From: Squalus acanthias
Taxonomy: Eukaryota
Direction of reading: 5' to 3'
DNA: 64,000 nucleotides
NCBI GenBank assembly: GCA_030390025.1
Contig: CM059425.1
Location: forward strand, 163,124,001-163,188,000
How positions within the stretch are numbered: the stretch's first letter is position 1; the number at the start of each line of letters is the position of its first letter. Shown here in pieces: positions 63,568 to 64,000 of this stretch. The notes beneath the pieces are model-generated. The model was not told the origin of the DNA and ran no database searches. It was given only the letters and a program-made list of their open reading frames with translations. A program made the translations under genes and the position numbers.

Positions 63568-63768
63568 CTGTTTCTCTCTCTACAGATGCTGCCTGACCTG
63601 CTGAGTATTTCCAGCACTTTCTGTTTTTATATGTTATAACGACAGGGGTGCTTTTCCATGGAACCCATCAGTGACTTGTCCTAATAAGAACATTCTTCAG
63701 TCTACCATCACTACCAAAAACAAATTACCTGGTCATTTATTTGATAATCGAGTGAAAAATAACACTTA

Positions 63769-64000
63769 GGGGGAGAAATTCGGTGGCACCCCCTTTGGGG
63801 CGCTAACATCGCCAGGGCGCTAATTTAGCGTCCCGAAAAAGTTAGCACCCCTGTGCCGTAAATTCAGTGGTAGCGCCCCAAGCAGGAGGCGGGGCGCTAC
63901 TGGAAGCGCTTCCCCTCTTTCTTGGGGCACTACCAGTGAATTTCGCGACACTACGTGCAACAGCGTCACGCGGTCGGCATGTAGTGCCGCATAATTGCAG
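63769..64000. mobile_element. Left end of another GGG-TIR element, cut by the window edge
   Basis: gggggagaaattcgg terminus resembles the 19831 TIR; GC-rich repeated tagcgccc motifs. Confidence 0.5.

Larger units (their letters stand above)
60720..63630 (+). mobile_element. Decayed Penelope-like element (second family), interrupted at 61017-62775
   Basis: GVAMGTRMGP..IDDCIG..FHPSLTFTWS..HYKPTDS|HSYLDYTSSH..CKRRRCNTC..LVYCI..LYIGETKRRLGDRFAEHLRSV; 3' hammerhead. Confidence 0.88.

Overview
Eukaryotic, repeat-rich vertebrate genomic DNA, most likely from a cartilaginous fish (inferred from the repeat families present). The minus strand carries the first 15 coding exons of SKIC3/TTC37 (SKI complex TPR subunit): ATG at 57651, 1751 coding nt, all junctions GT-AG and phase-consistent, and the gene continues past the left edge. 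Head-to-head with it, ARSK exon 1 (60345-60497, +) starts from a CpG-rich shared promoter carrying a CLEAR-like E-box. The introns hold CR1, L2 and RTE LINEs, Deu-type SINEs and several MITE families, often nested. The most unusual content is a Penelope-like element (PLE) family that inserts as long fold-back structures with a minimal hammerhead ribozyme in each arm. One copy is 2 kb and keeps an RT/GIY-YIG remnant (11394-13366). The other is an ~810-bp essentially non-coding, spacer-less palindrome (61838-62648). A second PLE family contributes more hammerheads (50603, 63531, and a decayed copy at 58611). Coordinates were read by hand; repeat boundaries without target-site duplications (TSDs) are approximate.
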